DNA of 63,656 nucleotides, filler included, from Vannella sp. (taxonomy: Eukaryota): assembly GCA_023345925.1 (NCBI GenBank). It is 6 parts of 6 records of this genome, joined end to end, with 100 filler letters (N's around TTAATTAATTAA, not from the genome) between each part and the next. Parts side by side here need not be neighbours in the genome. Positions count along the whole stretch, not along the records: positions 18,973 to 31,784 come from JAJQQN010001215.1; positions 31,885 to 37,515 come from JAJQQN010000379.1; positions 37,616 to 47,833 come from JAJQQN010000126.1; 3 more parts are not named here. The stretch is one strand, 5' to 3'. Positions within the stretch are counted from its first letter, which is position 1, and every line of letters begins with the position of its first letter. Positions 25,232 to 38,315 of this stretch are shown piece after piece. The position numbers and the translations under genes were made by a program. The notes beneath the pieces were generated by a model. It was not told where the DNA came from. It worked only from the letters and a program-made list of their open reading frames with translations, and made no database searches.

Positions 25232-25694
25232 CGCCTCTCAAACTCTGAGCAAATGAACTCTCTTGAGCTCTCCGACCCAAACAGGCCGATCATTCCTTGA
25301 AGAATTCGATCACTACCGACATTAGAACCCGCAGTTCAATGTCGGTAGAATGCAGTTCAATGTGGCTTACATTAAAATCATTAAAATTTTGTTCGTTCCT
25401 ATTCGATGGGGCCTGCAAGAGGGGCCTTTTTGGTTTGGTGGCTCCACTCTTGGGAATGTCTCAGAAGGCAGAAGGAATGAGAGGTCACTTTCCCTCTGCC
25501 TTCTGAACTGGAAGGATAACAACTCCTCAGATCCATGCAGAGAGGATGTCTGAGCGATCTTCCCTTCCACGTCCGTCAACAACAAACGATTAAACTGGGA
25601 CTGGGAATCCAATTCTATCTAACAAAGTAAACATCGTTTCAAGATAACATTTGATTGGGGGAATGGAAACTCATTTTGTTGGCGGCGGGGGCGG

Positions 25695-28600
25695 ATGGAC
25701 ACCTCCAGAGAGGCTAAGTTCCTCTCGGCAATTCGCTTGTCCATATTGAGGCCAGGGGCCAACTTAGGCATAACCTGGGAGTGTTCGGAAAGCGAGAAAG
25801 TGGTGACGGCTTGTGTTCTGCTAGCAGGGGACGCAGCCAGACAGCTCATGGATGCCTTCCTGGAATCTTTGCTTCCAGCAGACCCTGTAACGATCACCAA
25901 CCGTAAGACATAGCCAATTAACCCCAGTCACTCTCTCATCATGAGACAGAGGGAGCACACATCGTTTACTGGTTGGGTGAGCATCCGGTGCGGGTGTCCC
26001 TCCTGCTCCTCAGCGAGACAAAGAAGGAAGTGGGCCATACTTCTGTTCTTGCATATAGTTTACCAAAGACGCTTTCCATGCCTTCGACTGCCCTGCATTT
26101 GAGTGCAGAACTCCAAGAACGTTCCCCTGTTGCTGTCCGCGTGAATGTAGGTCCCTTCTCTTTAGTAACCTGATGCAGCACTCATCGATGAAAGGTTCCA
26201 ACCTATCCAACTCCCCTCTCTCCCAAGGAGCTCGCAGGGAAGAACATATCTGATGTTGAGGTAGCCCGAACCTTCCTTGTGAACCTTTCGGCACCTATGT
26301 CGTTAGTAGCACCGCTATAGACTTGTAAAGTACTGAAGGCGATCATAGATTCTTGCGACCGATGGAGCAGAGCATCCGGATCGCCATTATAGGGGCAATG
26401 AAGAGGCAAAAGAAGGAGTCCCCCTTCCCCAAGATGGGCCGAGCCTCCTTCAGGAAACCCACCATTCGGGGGTCCGTTGAGCTATTTCCCTTAGTACGTC
26501 ACCAACGCCTCCCTTCCACATCCACTGACAGTAAACAGCCAGCTGGGTTTCTCCAAATAGGAACTCCCGACCGCCTAGACGAGATCGTGGCATCGAAGAA
26601 GTTCAATTACCGTCAAGTAGAGGTGAGAATGCCTTCTTCCTGTCCTTATCTCGCTCACATTCGCGTTAAAGGGCACAGATTCACCCTCCTTACTGGGGGC
26701 CTGTCATGCGGGTAACATTGCACTGGCTAGGCGGATCCTTGAACTCGAGGATGGCAAGGTTAACTTCTCAAACTGTCTTTTGGAGAATTTGCCTTCTCAA
26801 CTACTTGATTGGGCGGAACTTGGATTGTTGAAGGAGCTGGATGTGTCAAACAACATGATTCAATTGATCCCATCTCAGCTGAGACACGTTAAGAAAGTCA
26901 ATCTCTCTTATAATCCTCTTCAAGCCCTTCCAGTGGAGCTACGAGATGCCAAATGGAGTCGAGTGAGAAAGTATCTGGACGGAATAGCGTCCCGTGCTGC
27001 CGCTTGGGACATTCAAAAGCTCCTTATTGTCGGAGAAGAAGGAGTTGGCAAAACGGTATGCAGATTTTGCTGTCATTGCACCCTTCTAACATCATGAAGA
27101 CTATTGTCAAGGGACTGATGAGCCGAACCGGTCGAACAGAGGTCACACAAGAGTAAGAACCTTGTTTTTGTTCAATTAGCTAACACAAAGTAGTCTGGCC
27201 ACTGACGGCATAGAAATAAGTGAACTCCGCCTTCAAAGTGACGAGACCTCAGAGTCACTTGTATTCAACATGTGGGATATGGGAGGCCAGACCGTTTACT
27301 ATCCCACGCACCAATTCTTTCTTAGTAGCGGGGCTATTTATCTTTTGCTATTTAACCTTGAGCTTCCTCGATTCACCCGCATCGAGTACTGGCTGAAGCA
27401 GGCCAGACTGTTTCATTCTACAAGGGTTCTGAAGCTTATCCTTGTTGGCACCCATTGTGATTCTGTCCCTCCTGAAAGGCTTTCCAGTGTCACCTCAAAA
27501 GTTATGGAACGCTTCCCCTCTCGCGTGTATCCCCTCGTCAGCCAGGAGATTATGCTGGTGGACTGCAAGACCGGCACTGGCCTTGCAGATCTTAAACGAT
27601 TACTTCTTAAGATAGGCCATCGAGAGCAAATCCAGCAGGTACCTGAAGCTTGGGTGCAGCTGCATGAAATGGTCATTCAAAATCGTCAAGGCGGTAACAA
27701 GTACACTGAATGGGCGACTTACAGTGCGTGGGCCAAAATGTGTGGAGTCCCATCAGAAGACCTTCAGGTTGCCACAAACCACCTTCATATGTCTGGGACT
27801 TTGATTCATCATCCCAGTAAGATGCAACATGATCTCGTGGTGATTTCTCCTCAATGGCTGTCTGATGTTATGGCTTGCCTGATCACTATCCGTCCTACTT
27901 TTGTTGAGCACGGTTATGTAACGATAGACAATCTGGCTATCACTTTCGCCAACTTCCCAGAGGAGATACACGAGAATTTGCTGGAACTCCTTCAACGCTT
28001 TAACATCATTTTCCCTCTGATGAGTGGCCAGAATCGCCGCTACATGATCCCATCCTTGCTTACCACCACGTTTCCAGCCAAACAAGTCATGGAATTCTTC
28101 CCTGCAACGTTACCTCCTGGTATTGCCTCCTTTGGGCGAGTCTTTCGCTATCAGAGTCTACCACTGGGACTTTTTGGACGGGCCATGGTCGCTGTTTTGC
28201 ACCTTCCAGACGTTTCAGGGTTGGTGTACTGGAGAAATGGAATGCTGTTTGAATGTCATCTGGGCAGTGACTCTCTTTGTGTGAGGAGTCAATGCCTTCT
28301 TACTTACGAAGCCACAACATATTCTTTAAGTCTTTACATTCGCTTTCCTTCCTCTTCATTGGCGCTCTCTGTTAAGGTGTGGCGGACTCTCCTGGAAACT
28401 CTTCGCTCACTTGTTGAGTCCTTTTATCCCTCGCTGGCCAACGATATGGAGGAGTTCTTCCCTTGCGTACATTGTATGAGAGCGAGCAAAGATTTCTCTT
28501 CTATCCATTTGTTTCCTCACAGGCGCTGTACCAAGGCTCGAAGTAATGGAGACCAAGTAGTCTATTGCCAAGACATCATTTCCCCCGCCCGGGCCGTATC

Positions 28601-30791
28601 TGTTCACCACTTGGCACCTGATCTGTTCCTCCTTGATTTGGTACGCCTGGATGATTCCAACCTAGAGATTCGCCGTCTGCTTGGGAAGGGATCGTCTGGG
28701 GTCGTTTATCGAGCGACATTAAATGGAAAGGAAGTGGCTGTTAAACAGCCCATTATGATCGAAGGGTTGGATGATCCCCGGTTCTTTCAAGATTTCCAAA
28801 CGGAATCTTACATTATGAGTCTACTGGACCATCCCAATATCGTCCGCTTGTATGGAGTTATGGACAACCCACCACGGATGATTTTACAATATGTGGGAGG
28901 GACTGATCTCTTCCAATTGATTCATCCTGGGGCGAATGAGAACATGATTGGCGACGAAATACCTTCTATTGCCCAAGACGCTCTTTCCTGGCCTCGAAGA
29001 ATTCAGATTGCTCTGGGAATCGCTCAAGGGCTCCACCATATGCAAAGCGTGACTCCTCCTCTTGTTCATCGAGATCTACGCTCCCCAAATATCTTTATCT
29101 CTGAAGAAGGCCAAGCCTTGATTGGAGACTTTGGTCTGGCTCGGCAATATCAAGGCCAATTGGCAGGTCCATTGAAATCCTGGCGCTGGTTGGCACCTGA
29201 AGTTCTGCGGGGGGATGGTAGTGACTTGTACGATGAGAGATCAGACATTTACAGCTTTGGAATTCTCCTTTGGGAGCTTGCAAGTCTTTCAATCCCTTTT
29301 TTTGCAGAAGAGGCTCTCTTCGAGGATACTTTAGCCATCAAGACGGCTATCATACAAGCCGATTTACGGCCTACTTTTCCTTCTCAAACACTCCAAGGGA
29401 TAGCTGAGATTGGCCTGCGATGTTGGAAGACCGATCCAGCGCTGAGACCAACTTCGTCAGAATTAGTCACCCATCTGGCGGAAATGGCAGAGAAACTTGG
29501 AGAATTGATAACAGACTCAACTCCACCGCGTCCAGACATGGAATTTGATGTTTTACCAAACAAAGACCTCGATGAGGAGGTTGTGGTAGAAGATGGAGTC
29601 AAGATCACCCACCAGTTTCAGCATAGGGATGCTAACCGGCGTAATATCTGTTCCCAGATGGTAGAGGATTCTCTTTGGGTTGGTAGCACTGACGGAAAGA
29701 TCACAATCTACGTTATTGATCGAGTTTTGAACGAAGTAGCCGTGCAACAAATCTTGGAGTTTCACCAAGTCAGGGTTACCCAGCTGCTATTGATTGGCAA
29801 AGCTGTCCTCTCATGCGGAGAAGATGGTGTTGTTGCAGTTTGGGATTGCTTGTCGCCGAAACTACTTCACCAGTGGCAGCCCTTCCACATGGGCCATTCG
29901 ATTCTGCTGGCTTGTTCACCCACGGACCTTGCGAATTCTGTTATCTGGACTGTTTGTCCATTGACAGGTGAAGCGGCACTTTGGGAATATGTAAGTCTCT
30001 CTGATGGACGCGAGTACATTCTAACCATTATCAAGGACTACTGCTTCGTCCGAGGGTTCCGGCATAAGTCTCTCATAGGGAGAACAAATCTTTGTGTTTA
30101 TCAGTCATATCTCCTCGCTGCTGGCTGCCTTCCTTCCGTCTCAGTTATTCAAGAGGACTCCACAGAGGCTGACTCGCTAACGGGGCACTCCTCTGCTGTT
30201 CTTCAACTGCTTAGTGCAGATGAGAAACTTTTTACAATCTCACAAACAGAAATGCGAGTTTGGCAAGTCCTAAAAGTCAAAGTCGATAGCTCCAAGAGGC
30301 AGAGCCCCAATTCATCGTGGCAGTGTCTCTTTTCACTTGCATTGACAGATGTGCCAAAGCGCATCGGTATACTGCGATTGAGGAGCAAGTTGGCTATTGG
30401 AACTACCAACGGCTCTCTCTGGTACTTCTTAAAGAGCCCTCGAGGGTATCGACCAGAGCGCGAAATCGAACTTCCTCTTCAAGGAGACGCAGATAGATCT
30501 GTCCGCGGTATTGGAGAAGACTCAAGCCTTCGAGTGTGGGCAATAACCAGCCGATTCGTCTTTGTCATCACAAATATCGCCAAGGTACACCGATGCCAGG
30601 CAGGGGATCACAAGGCATCCTCTGCAAATGACTTCCGCCGAGCTTATCCAACATCAAACGCTCGATCCTTATCTGACACATCCCCATTGCCAGGGAAAAC
30701 AAGGGCGACGTCAGCCACGGGATTCCTTGGGATGGGATTGAGCCGCTCGCAATCTGTGGCAGACTCAGATTCAGATAGTTCCCCAAAATAG
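25695..30791 (+). CDS. Roco protein: LRR-ROC-COR-kinase-WD40-like (LRRK/Pats1-type), multi-exon
   Basis: LRRs (LDVSNNMI, VNLSYNPL), ROC GEEGVGKT / ATDGI / WDMGGQ / VGTH, COR (YWRNG), TKL kinase GKGSSG / HRDLRSPN / DFG / APE, and WD-like tail. The 5' exon structure is approximate. Confidence 0.9.
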
Positions 30792-30826
30792 CCTCAAATG
30801 TAAACCAATTCACTTTTACCACTTCT

Positions 30827-31784
30827 TTAGGACTTGGCAACTCGCTTAATCATGGACATTGAATCGAATCGCCTTCGGAAGACGGGGCCAGGAGCGTTGT
30901 TCATAGAAGGGGACTCCATCACAGGTGCCCCTTCAGGGGCAGGTAAATCATCAATTGATTTGATTTCTCCAGAGCGGATCTGTTTCCTCAGTATCGTTGT
31001 CCGAACCAATTCCTCTTCGTTCAACCCACAACGCTTTTTGATGGAACTTGTTAACTTCCGCGGCTCCACTTTCTCCGAACGTTCAAATCCTTCTTTCTCA
31101 CTGATTGTGGGAAGCCTTGCAAAGAGATTGGAAAAGTCGGGAAGAAGAACGAGATTGGCATACGAGAAGTCTTGAAAGTTGAGTAGCTGATTGATAGAAC
31201 TGGAGATCTTGTTGAATTTAGAGTGGAAGTTGATTTTGTCGTGCTGAATAAAGTTCGGGTTTCCGTCTTCAAGGAAGGTCAAGTCAGTGAGAAACATTCC
31301 CATGAAAGGTACGCAAGGTGGTGTTACTTCCTTCAATTCCTTACGATAGGCGGCGTAATTGTCGTGCATAAGGCGTGCAAGGGACTCTTTCAACAAGAAG
31401 AGCGAATCTCCTAAGGAGTCCCAAGTGATACGGAGGCGGTCAATAGCACAGTTATTCACTGCAGCAATCAAGGCCACGCACCCGTTGTAGTTTTGCAGTC
31501 GATATAAATGAATGCTTATCGTTAAGAAATGTTGGAGTGCCTTCACTCTGTCATCCAAGAGGTCGGCGCCAATTACCTCACGGAGAACAAAGCCTCCCAG
31601 ACGATTGAACTGTGCAGTGATAGCAGCAATGTTAGGTGCTAGAGCAGACCCCTTGCTATAACGCTGTTGGAGGAGCTCAGTCTCTTTGACCTTTTGAAAT
31701 TGCATGTGTTGGAAGACGGTCAGCTGCTCAGCAAAGACTTGCGGGTCGAAGTCACACACTGAAATCTGAACCCGAGGCTCCACT
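30827..31784 (-). CDS. RasGEF (CDC25) domain protein, 5' truncated
   Basis: FAEQLT, LQNYNG, PPCVPFMGMFLTDLTFLEDGNP and INFHSK. Confidence 0.92.
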
Positions 31785-31884
31785 NNNNNNNNNNNNNNNN
31801 NNNNNNNNNNNNNNNNNNNNNNNNNNNNTTAATTAATTAANNNNNNNNNNNNNNNNNNNNNNNNNNNNNNNNNNNNNNNNNNNN
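31785..31884. other. Artificial contig linker
   Basis: N44-TTAATTAATTAA-N44. Confidence 0.97.
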
Positions 31885-32322
31885 GCTTGGTTGGACGGCC
31901 TCGCACTCGATCAAACATCTTTGGGCTCTCACTGGTAGCCCTCACAATCCATAGGTTCCCGTCCCGCATGCAGAGCAGCTAGGGCATGTTGAAAGTGTTT
32001 CTGTGTGATCCGGAAGCTTTCCAACTGGACTCAGTATCAGATACTTGGCTGGACTAGTGGATAAATGAGATGTTTCAAGTCCTCCAGCTTCTGACTGTTG
32101 CCGGCACAAGCTCCAGCCAACATTTAAATTGTCCTTTCATGAGGTGGCAATTGTTAAGCCAGAGGCTCGAAAGCCCTTTGAGAGTTTGCTCAGCGGAGGA
32201 AGGAGATTCCGATTGGAACCAAAGGGTGAAGGAGCCCAGTCACTACACTGTGACTGGGTTATGCTCTTGCATCAAGTGATTCAGCTTTGATTGCTTGTTC
32301 TCTCTTCCTTTGAGGAGAGGTT

Positions 32323-32364
32323 CCTCTCTCCTGATTGGGCATATCCGCCCTCTCTCCTGATTGG
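32323..32364 (+). promoter_or_regulatory. Exact 16-nt direct repeat CCTCTCTCCTGATTGG (two inverted CCAAT boxes)
   Basis: Copies at 32323-32338 and 32349-32364, about 85 nt upstream of ATG 32449. Confidence 0.45.
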
Positions 32365-32448
32365 TTCATGCTTTTGCCACGAATTCTCTGTTCCAAGTAA
32401 AATAGCTATACCGGGGTTTGTTCATTTGCTATTTTATTGGTCCCTTGA

Positions 32449-35400
32449 ATGAGCGGTGGGTGGCCGGTTGGGGGGAAAGGGGTTGTGTTGATGTGGAGCA
32501 GAGGAATGGGCGGGTGATGGCTGGAAGCTTTGTCGTACGGAACAAGGGCGCCCTTACTATTTTAATCTTCGGAGTGGGCAGGCTTCGTGGTCTGTTCCCT
32601 CTCTGGGGACTTCTGTTACGGAGCTTGGTACGTGGGCATGCCCTTTGTAGGCGCGCGACGGTCTCTTTCTTACTCTGCTTTGTAGAGCTGCCTCCAGGAT
32701 GGGAGAAAGCTGTTGACGCAAAGGGGCGCACTTACTTTATCGATCACAATAACCAGAGAACGTCCTGGGTCCATCCTGGTCTCCAAAGGGTTAGTGGGAT
32801 GCGACCCGCCTCTTCTTTGCTCATTCCCCAGCAGCAGACTTCTCCTTTTAGTGTCCAGACTAGTATGGCACCTGCCTCTCAGCCTCAGCCAATAGCAAGT
32901 CCTCAAGCTTGGGCGATTCCCTCCGATAACGTGATGATGTCTGGTTTGAGCCCAGAATCTCAGTCTACCCTTGCTTTTGTAAGCACTGCTGGATCTCCTA
33001 CTGTTAGAAGGTACGAGGATCTCCTCACAGGAAGTCCCAATCAAAGCATGAGCTCTCTTTCATTGCCTCAACAAGAGGGGAATTCGCAATTGTGCGTGTG
33101 CGCTGCCCAGTACACGCTTCAGGATGACTTCAAACAATGCACCAAATGTGGTTCGCAAACTTCTTCTTGGTTTAAGCGCAAAATCACTTGCGCCTGCTGC
33201 TCATTGCCTTTCTGTTCTTCTTGTTGTCGCAAGTCTGCCAAGGGAACTGGAAAAGTGTGCGATGAATGCGACAGGCATCTCAGTGAACAGGATCCCAAGT
33301 GCATTAATCGAGTGTATCCTTGCTTCCTCGACCAGCGGAGTAATCTTCAACGTGGAGCTGCTTTGGAGCTCTATGACCTTCTGACAGGCAATGAGAAGTA
33401 TAGAGAGATCTTGGGCTCGCAGGCCTTCTTTTTTACTGTCCTTTTGGCCACAATGCAAACCTACAACGAGTTCATGAGACTGACTTGCACTCAAATTCTG
33501 ACGGTCATGATTGAAGACAGTGCCAATATCACTCGCTGTGCCACAAACGAAGCACTAGTTCGCTTGCTGTTGTCATTTCTCCGCTCACCAGATGCTCAGT
33601 TGGTTGCTGAAGTCTGCAAGATTATGGTGAAGCTGAAGGAAACTGTAACAGAGCTGAGACCTGACGATGAGCTCTATCGGAATCTTTGCAATAGTGCTAC
33701 CACTGTTGAGATCTCGGTATGTGAGGATGTCACTCGCCTCCTTTTATTCCTTTCCGGACAGGTTGACTTTGCTGCTGTGGCACAGCGGAACTTGGACAGT
33801 GTCTCATTATTATTGACCTTGCTCTCATCTGAAAGCCCGATTGTGGTGTTAAATACGTTAGGCATCCTTCACGTGTTGATTCAAACGCCGTTCAAGAAGG
33901 AACTTTACCAAGCTGGAGGCCTGAACATTATCTTCGCATGTCTGGATCGGTCAGAGATGCGTTCAGAGTATCCTGAAGTGACTTCCGCAGTGTTTAATTG
34001 CCTGAGTGAATTCTTGTTGCGGGGAGATAACACACAAACCTATTGCGAGTATTTTGTAAGCATTAGAGGGGTGAATCAATTGATAACAGTCCTTGGATCT
34101 TGCAACTCTGCCCAAAGTCTCCACATTCTGGCCCTTCTTTACAAGCTCACCTCTTTCCCCTCTCTATCACAAAGTGTGGTTAGCGAGCTGCTTGGAGGCC
34201 TTGGGCTGTTACTGGACCTGTTGAGTACAGATAGAGAAGAGGTTTTGGACTTTTGCTTGGCACTCATACTAGCAATGTGTTCAAACGAGAACATTCCTCT
34301 TCTAGTGAGGGAAACGGGAGGAATCCACCGGATTGTATCGATTCTTTCCTCTACAGACGAGATTCATCAACAGAAAGCGCTTCTCATTCTCGGTCACATG
34401 ATTCATGAGGATGAGGAAAACGCTCAAGCGATGCTCTCTGCCCAAGGCCTCATCATTGTGGTGCGCCTTTTGGAAACGGATAACGCTTTGGTACAAGCAG
34501 CAGCTCTGTCGGTGGTAACAGGTCTCACAGTGTTTCCCAATCTGTTCCCATCTATTGTCAGTGCTCAGTGTATTCCTGCTCTTCTGGGACTCCTCTACAA
34601 TTGCCGTCCCAGTGTAGTAGAGAGTATCTTCACTGCTTTGATTCACTTAGTAGGTGACCCTCTCTGCTTAGAGTCGATTGTGGCGAATGGGAATGTCGGA
34701 TTCCTTCTCGATTACTTCTCTTCGCGCCATTCTACCACTCGGATTCTCTCTCTTCGCCTTCTCGAAGCTATCACAAGACAGGAGAGATACTTGGGCCATC
34801 TCATCCTTGAGCCATGCGTTCTTCCCATATCCAACCTCCTCTCAGACGAAGTGCCTGAAATTCGCCTCCTTGCGGGCTCTTCTCTGATATCTATTCTACG
34901 CCATGCTCCTGCGCTTCGGGAAGGACTTTTATTCTCAGATGCACTGCCAAGCATGGTCCAGTTGCTGCAATCCCAATTCATTGGCTCTGTGCAGCACAGT
35001 GCCGAGCTCCTCTCCTACGTGGCAGAGATTCCTGCAGGACGACATATTTTGATACAATTGGGTATCATGCGGCAGCTCTTCACTATTCTGGCTTCTGAAG
35101 TGATCCTGGAAAATGTGGTAGTTGTGTACTTTGCAGTTCGCATCCTCTCTTCTGTGATTCAAGAGCCGGGACAACTTCAATTGATCATGCAAGAGGGTGG
35201 AATTCCTCGTCTTGTTGACTTGCTGAAAGGACCTGCTGAGATGGCACAGTTAGGAGCTGCAGCGATGATTGGAAGTATTTCTACTTCCAAAGAAAGCTGC
35301 TCGGCCATCATTGAAGCTGGTGCATTGCCTTATCTCTTTCAGCTTCTTGAATCAGACAAGTTACCCTTACTCAAGCAGGCTTGCTTGGCCTTGGACAATC

Positions 35401-37205
35401 TCTCTTTCTCTCGCAAGGTGGTGTCTTATGTTAACTCTCCCGCTCTCCTCCAGAAGCTTATTGCGCTTCTGGAGAGTGATGATTCAGATATTAGAAGAGC
35501 AGGTATTTCTATCATATTCAACGTGTGCCTGGAAGAGGGAAACTGGCAAAGTGCAGTGCGTTTGGGAGGAGTTCCTCTTCTTCTCAAGTTAGCAGGTTCT
35601 GGAAATAGTCACATTCAAATCAAAGCTGCAACAGAGTTAGCAGGCATTGCGGTGGATTCCGAAGGCCGTGATTTGATAATCCAACGAGACGGGCTCATTC
35701 CACTCATTCAAAGCGTTCTCTCTTCACCCAATCACGACGTCCAGGAAAGTGGATTGGCTGTTGTGGCTCTCCTGTCCAGTAACTTGATTTGTGGATCGTC
35801 AATTATCCATTTGGGAGGTTTAGGGCCGGTCGTAAGCTTCTTATCTCCGCAAGATAGTCCACTTTCGCAACATAACGCAGCAATCATTGTTGCCAACCTC
35901 TCAATGAATGCAGGCCATTTGCCTCTCCTTGGAGAGAAAGAAGTGATTTCACGTCTTATTGATTTGAGTGAATCATCAGAAAAGAACTTTTCTCTTCAAG
36001 AAGAGATTAATCGCGCTCTTTCGAACCTTATCAGAGAGGAAAAGAACGCGTTGGATCTCTTTCAGCATAGCCACTCTCTCGAACACTTTATGAATTTATT
36101 TAATGCCTCAGATACCTCGGTCCAACTGAGCGCTTCGGTAGCGTTACAGCACCTTGGAGGAATGGAATCAATTGAGAAAGTCCTTCGAGAGGACCGCCAT
36201 CTTCCTGATGCGCTGGTGCAAATGCTGTCCTCAAAAGACGCAAAGGTACAATCGATTGGCGCTCAAATGCTTGCAAAGCTCTGCCAGTATCCCTCTCCGT
36301 GGTACGAACGGATCATTCCCACTGTTTTGGATCTTCTCAATCATACACAAGAAGGAAGCGAGTTGCTAGAGCCAATCTTAGAAAGCTGCCGCCACCTTTC
36401 TGGCTCTCCCGTCTTGCGTAGGAATTTTGTCACGATGGGGGCGATGGACGCTTTTTGCCTTTTCTTTAATTATCCCGCACCAATTCATGCGATGGTCCTT
36501 CGCTGTATCGCCAACTTGTGTCTCGATGAAGACGGTTGTCGACTCTTTTCAGAAAAGACTCAAACTTTGGGAGAGGTCTTTCGATCCCTCTCCCAAGGAA
36601 GTAAACTTTCTCAAGAAGTTCTGCTTCCGACTCTTCTGGTCATCAAGAACTGCGTTCTTTCAGGAGCTGTCCGCCAGAGTGCTCTTGACCAAGAAGTAAT
36701 TGGGCACCTTTTGGCCCTGATAGCCACTGTTAGGTCTGGAGAGTATCAAAGACTGATATTGGACGTGCTAGAGATCCTCTCTGTTGACAGAGAATGTCGG
36801 CAGAGACTCATCCAGTCCAGGGGAATCCCAATCATTCTCAAGTTACTGGACAACTCTCCGGAAGAGGGCACTTCAATCAGGGTAACTATTCTATTTAAAA
36901 GCCTCTCTTTTGATCAAGATTGCACCGACGCCTTGAGAGAGAGCGGAGTTATTTCCTTCTTTGTGGAGCGAATCCAAGTCGGTGATGATGCCTCCATCAT
37001 TAGCTGCTTGTTTGCTTTGAACAATTTCATGTGTAATGGTACGTTCTAGCGAGTTTCTTTCTATCGTTTGCTCATCCCAATCCTCTCAGATTCTTGCCGC
37101 CTGGCGGTCTCTCGAGAACTTTCCGGAGTCCAGCTTAATCCCCTTCTTCTCTCTCGCAACTCTTTGGTCAGCCTGATGGCGCATAAGCTGAAAGGAATGC
37201 AGTAG
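32449..37205 (+). CDS. WW-WW-FYVE-Armadillo repeat protein (4 exons)
   Basis: Exon ATGAGCG, intron 32456-32501, WW1 GWKLCRTEQGRPYYFNLRSGQASWSVP, intron 32628-32685, WW2 LPPGWE..RTYFIDHNNQRTSWVHP, FYVE-like CxxC..F..K..CxxC..FC..C..VC..C, long ARM array, last intron near 37039. Confidence 0.85.
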
Positions 37206-37515
37206 AAATAAAGCATTTTACATTGGGTGATATTGTCCCCTCTCCTCTAATTGCCCAAACGCTCTCGATTCCAAGCGCGGTTGCTCTTTGCTTAGTTGCT
37301 TTTTAGGAAGGAAAAAATTGATTCGCTAACTCAGATCCTTCTTGTTTGGATTCTCCCAGCTTTTGCGCTTTCAACTTCAATGTGCGGAGAACGCAATGGC
37401 GAATGAAGTGATGTACTGGGGTGAAGAGGAAAAGGTTGAGGGAAAACGTGATTCGTTTAATTCTTGCAGTTGCTGTGCGCTTTACGAGACTTGTTCAATG
37501 CCCTTTTGTCCCATA

Positions 37516-37615
37516 NNNNNNNNNNNNNNNNNNNNNNNNNNNNNNNNNNNNNNNNNNNNTTAATTAATTAANNNNNNNNNNNNNNNNNNNNNNNNNNNNN
37601 NNNNNNNNNNNNNNN
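37516..37615. other. Artificial contig linker
   Basis: N44-TTAATTAATTAA-N44. Confidence 0.97.
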
Positions 37616-38315
37616 AGGAAAGGAGAATCAGCTCCGATCCCAAAGCGGGCTTGAGTCTTGATCCGACGCAGCGAGAGCGTGGCCCGCGTCGGACAGCCAA
37701 GAAAAAAGCCTCGAAAGAGAAAAGAGAAAATCCACCTGGCTGGGCGACCACCTGCGCTGCCAGGACCTTCGGAAAAGGGCCCAAAATCGATGTTGAATCG
37801 GATTTTTATTTGTTTTTAGGGTTTCAACTTTCTACTTCCAATGCGCGATCCGTCGCCCTCTCAAATCATCCTTGTCGAAGGCGAGATTTACATTGAGGAG
37901 AGTTGGGGGATTGTTGGTTAGGCTTAATTGCGTGTTTGCGATGAGAAATAGGAGGTGAAGGAGGGAAGCGGATGCTTAAAGTTGCTTTTTGGGTGTGTAG
38001 ATCTTGTTTGGCTGCCTAAGAGGGAGAAGGAAGAAGTCAGTTTCCCTCTTTATTGCTGTCCCACAGCACTTAGTTTCATGAGAAGATGGCATTTACTGCC
38101 ATTGATACTCCAGTCTGCGGCTCTTGAAGATCACGGTCTTGTAGCTTTTCTCACAAAAAGAGCGAAAAGGCGTATTTTTTGTTCTGGTATCTTTATTCCT
38201 CTTTGTTAGTCTCTCTGGAAACAAAGCCTGTCTCAAAAAGCGGAAAATCGCCTTCGGTTGAAACTCAAGAAAGAGGCAACTCACCGAAATGAAGTGAGAA
38301 TATGAAATTCACTCT

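Noticed and set aside
32235..32258. 9-bp hairpin CCCAGTCAC/GTGACTGGG
   Set aside because: It is short and isolated, expected by chance in 63 kb, and matches no recognisable ncRNA.
31885..32300. Possible gene fragment at the contig start
   Set aside because: There are stops in the frames I read and no supportable exon model.
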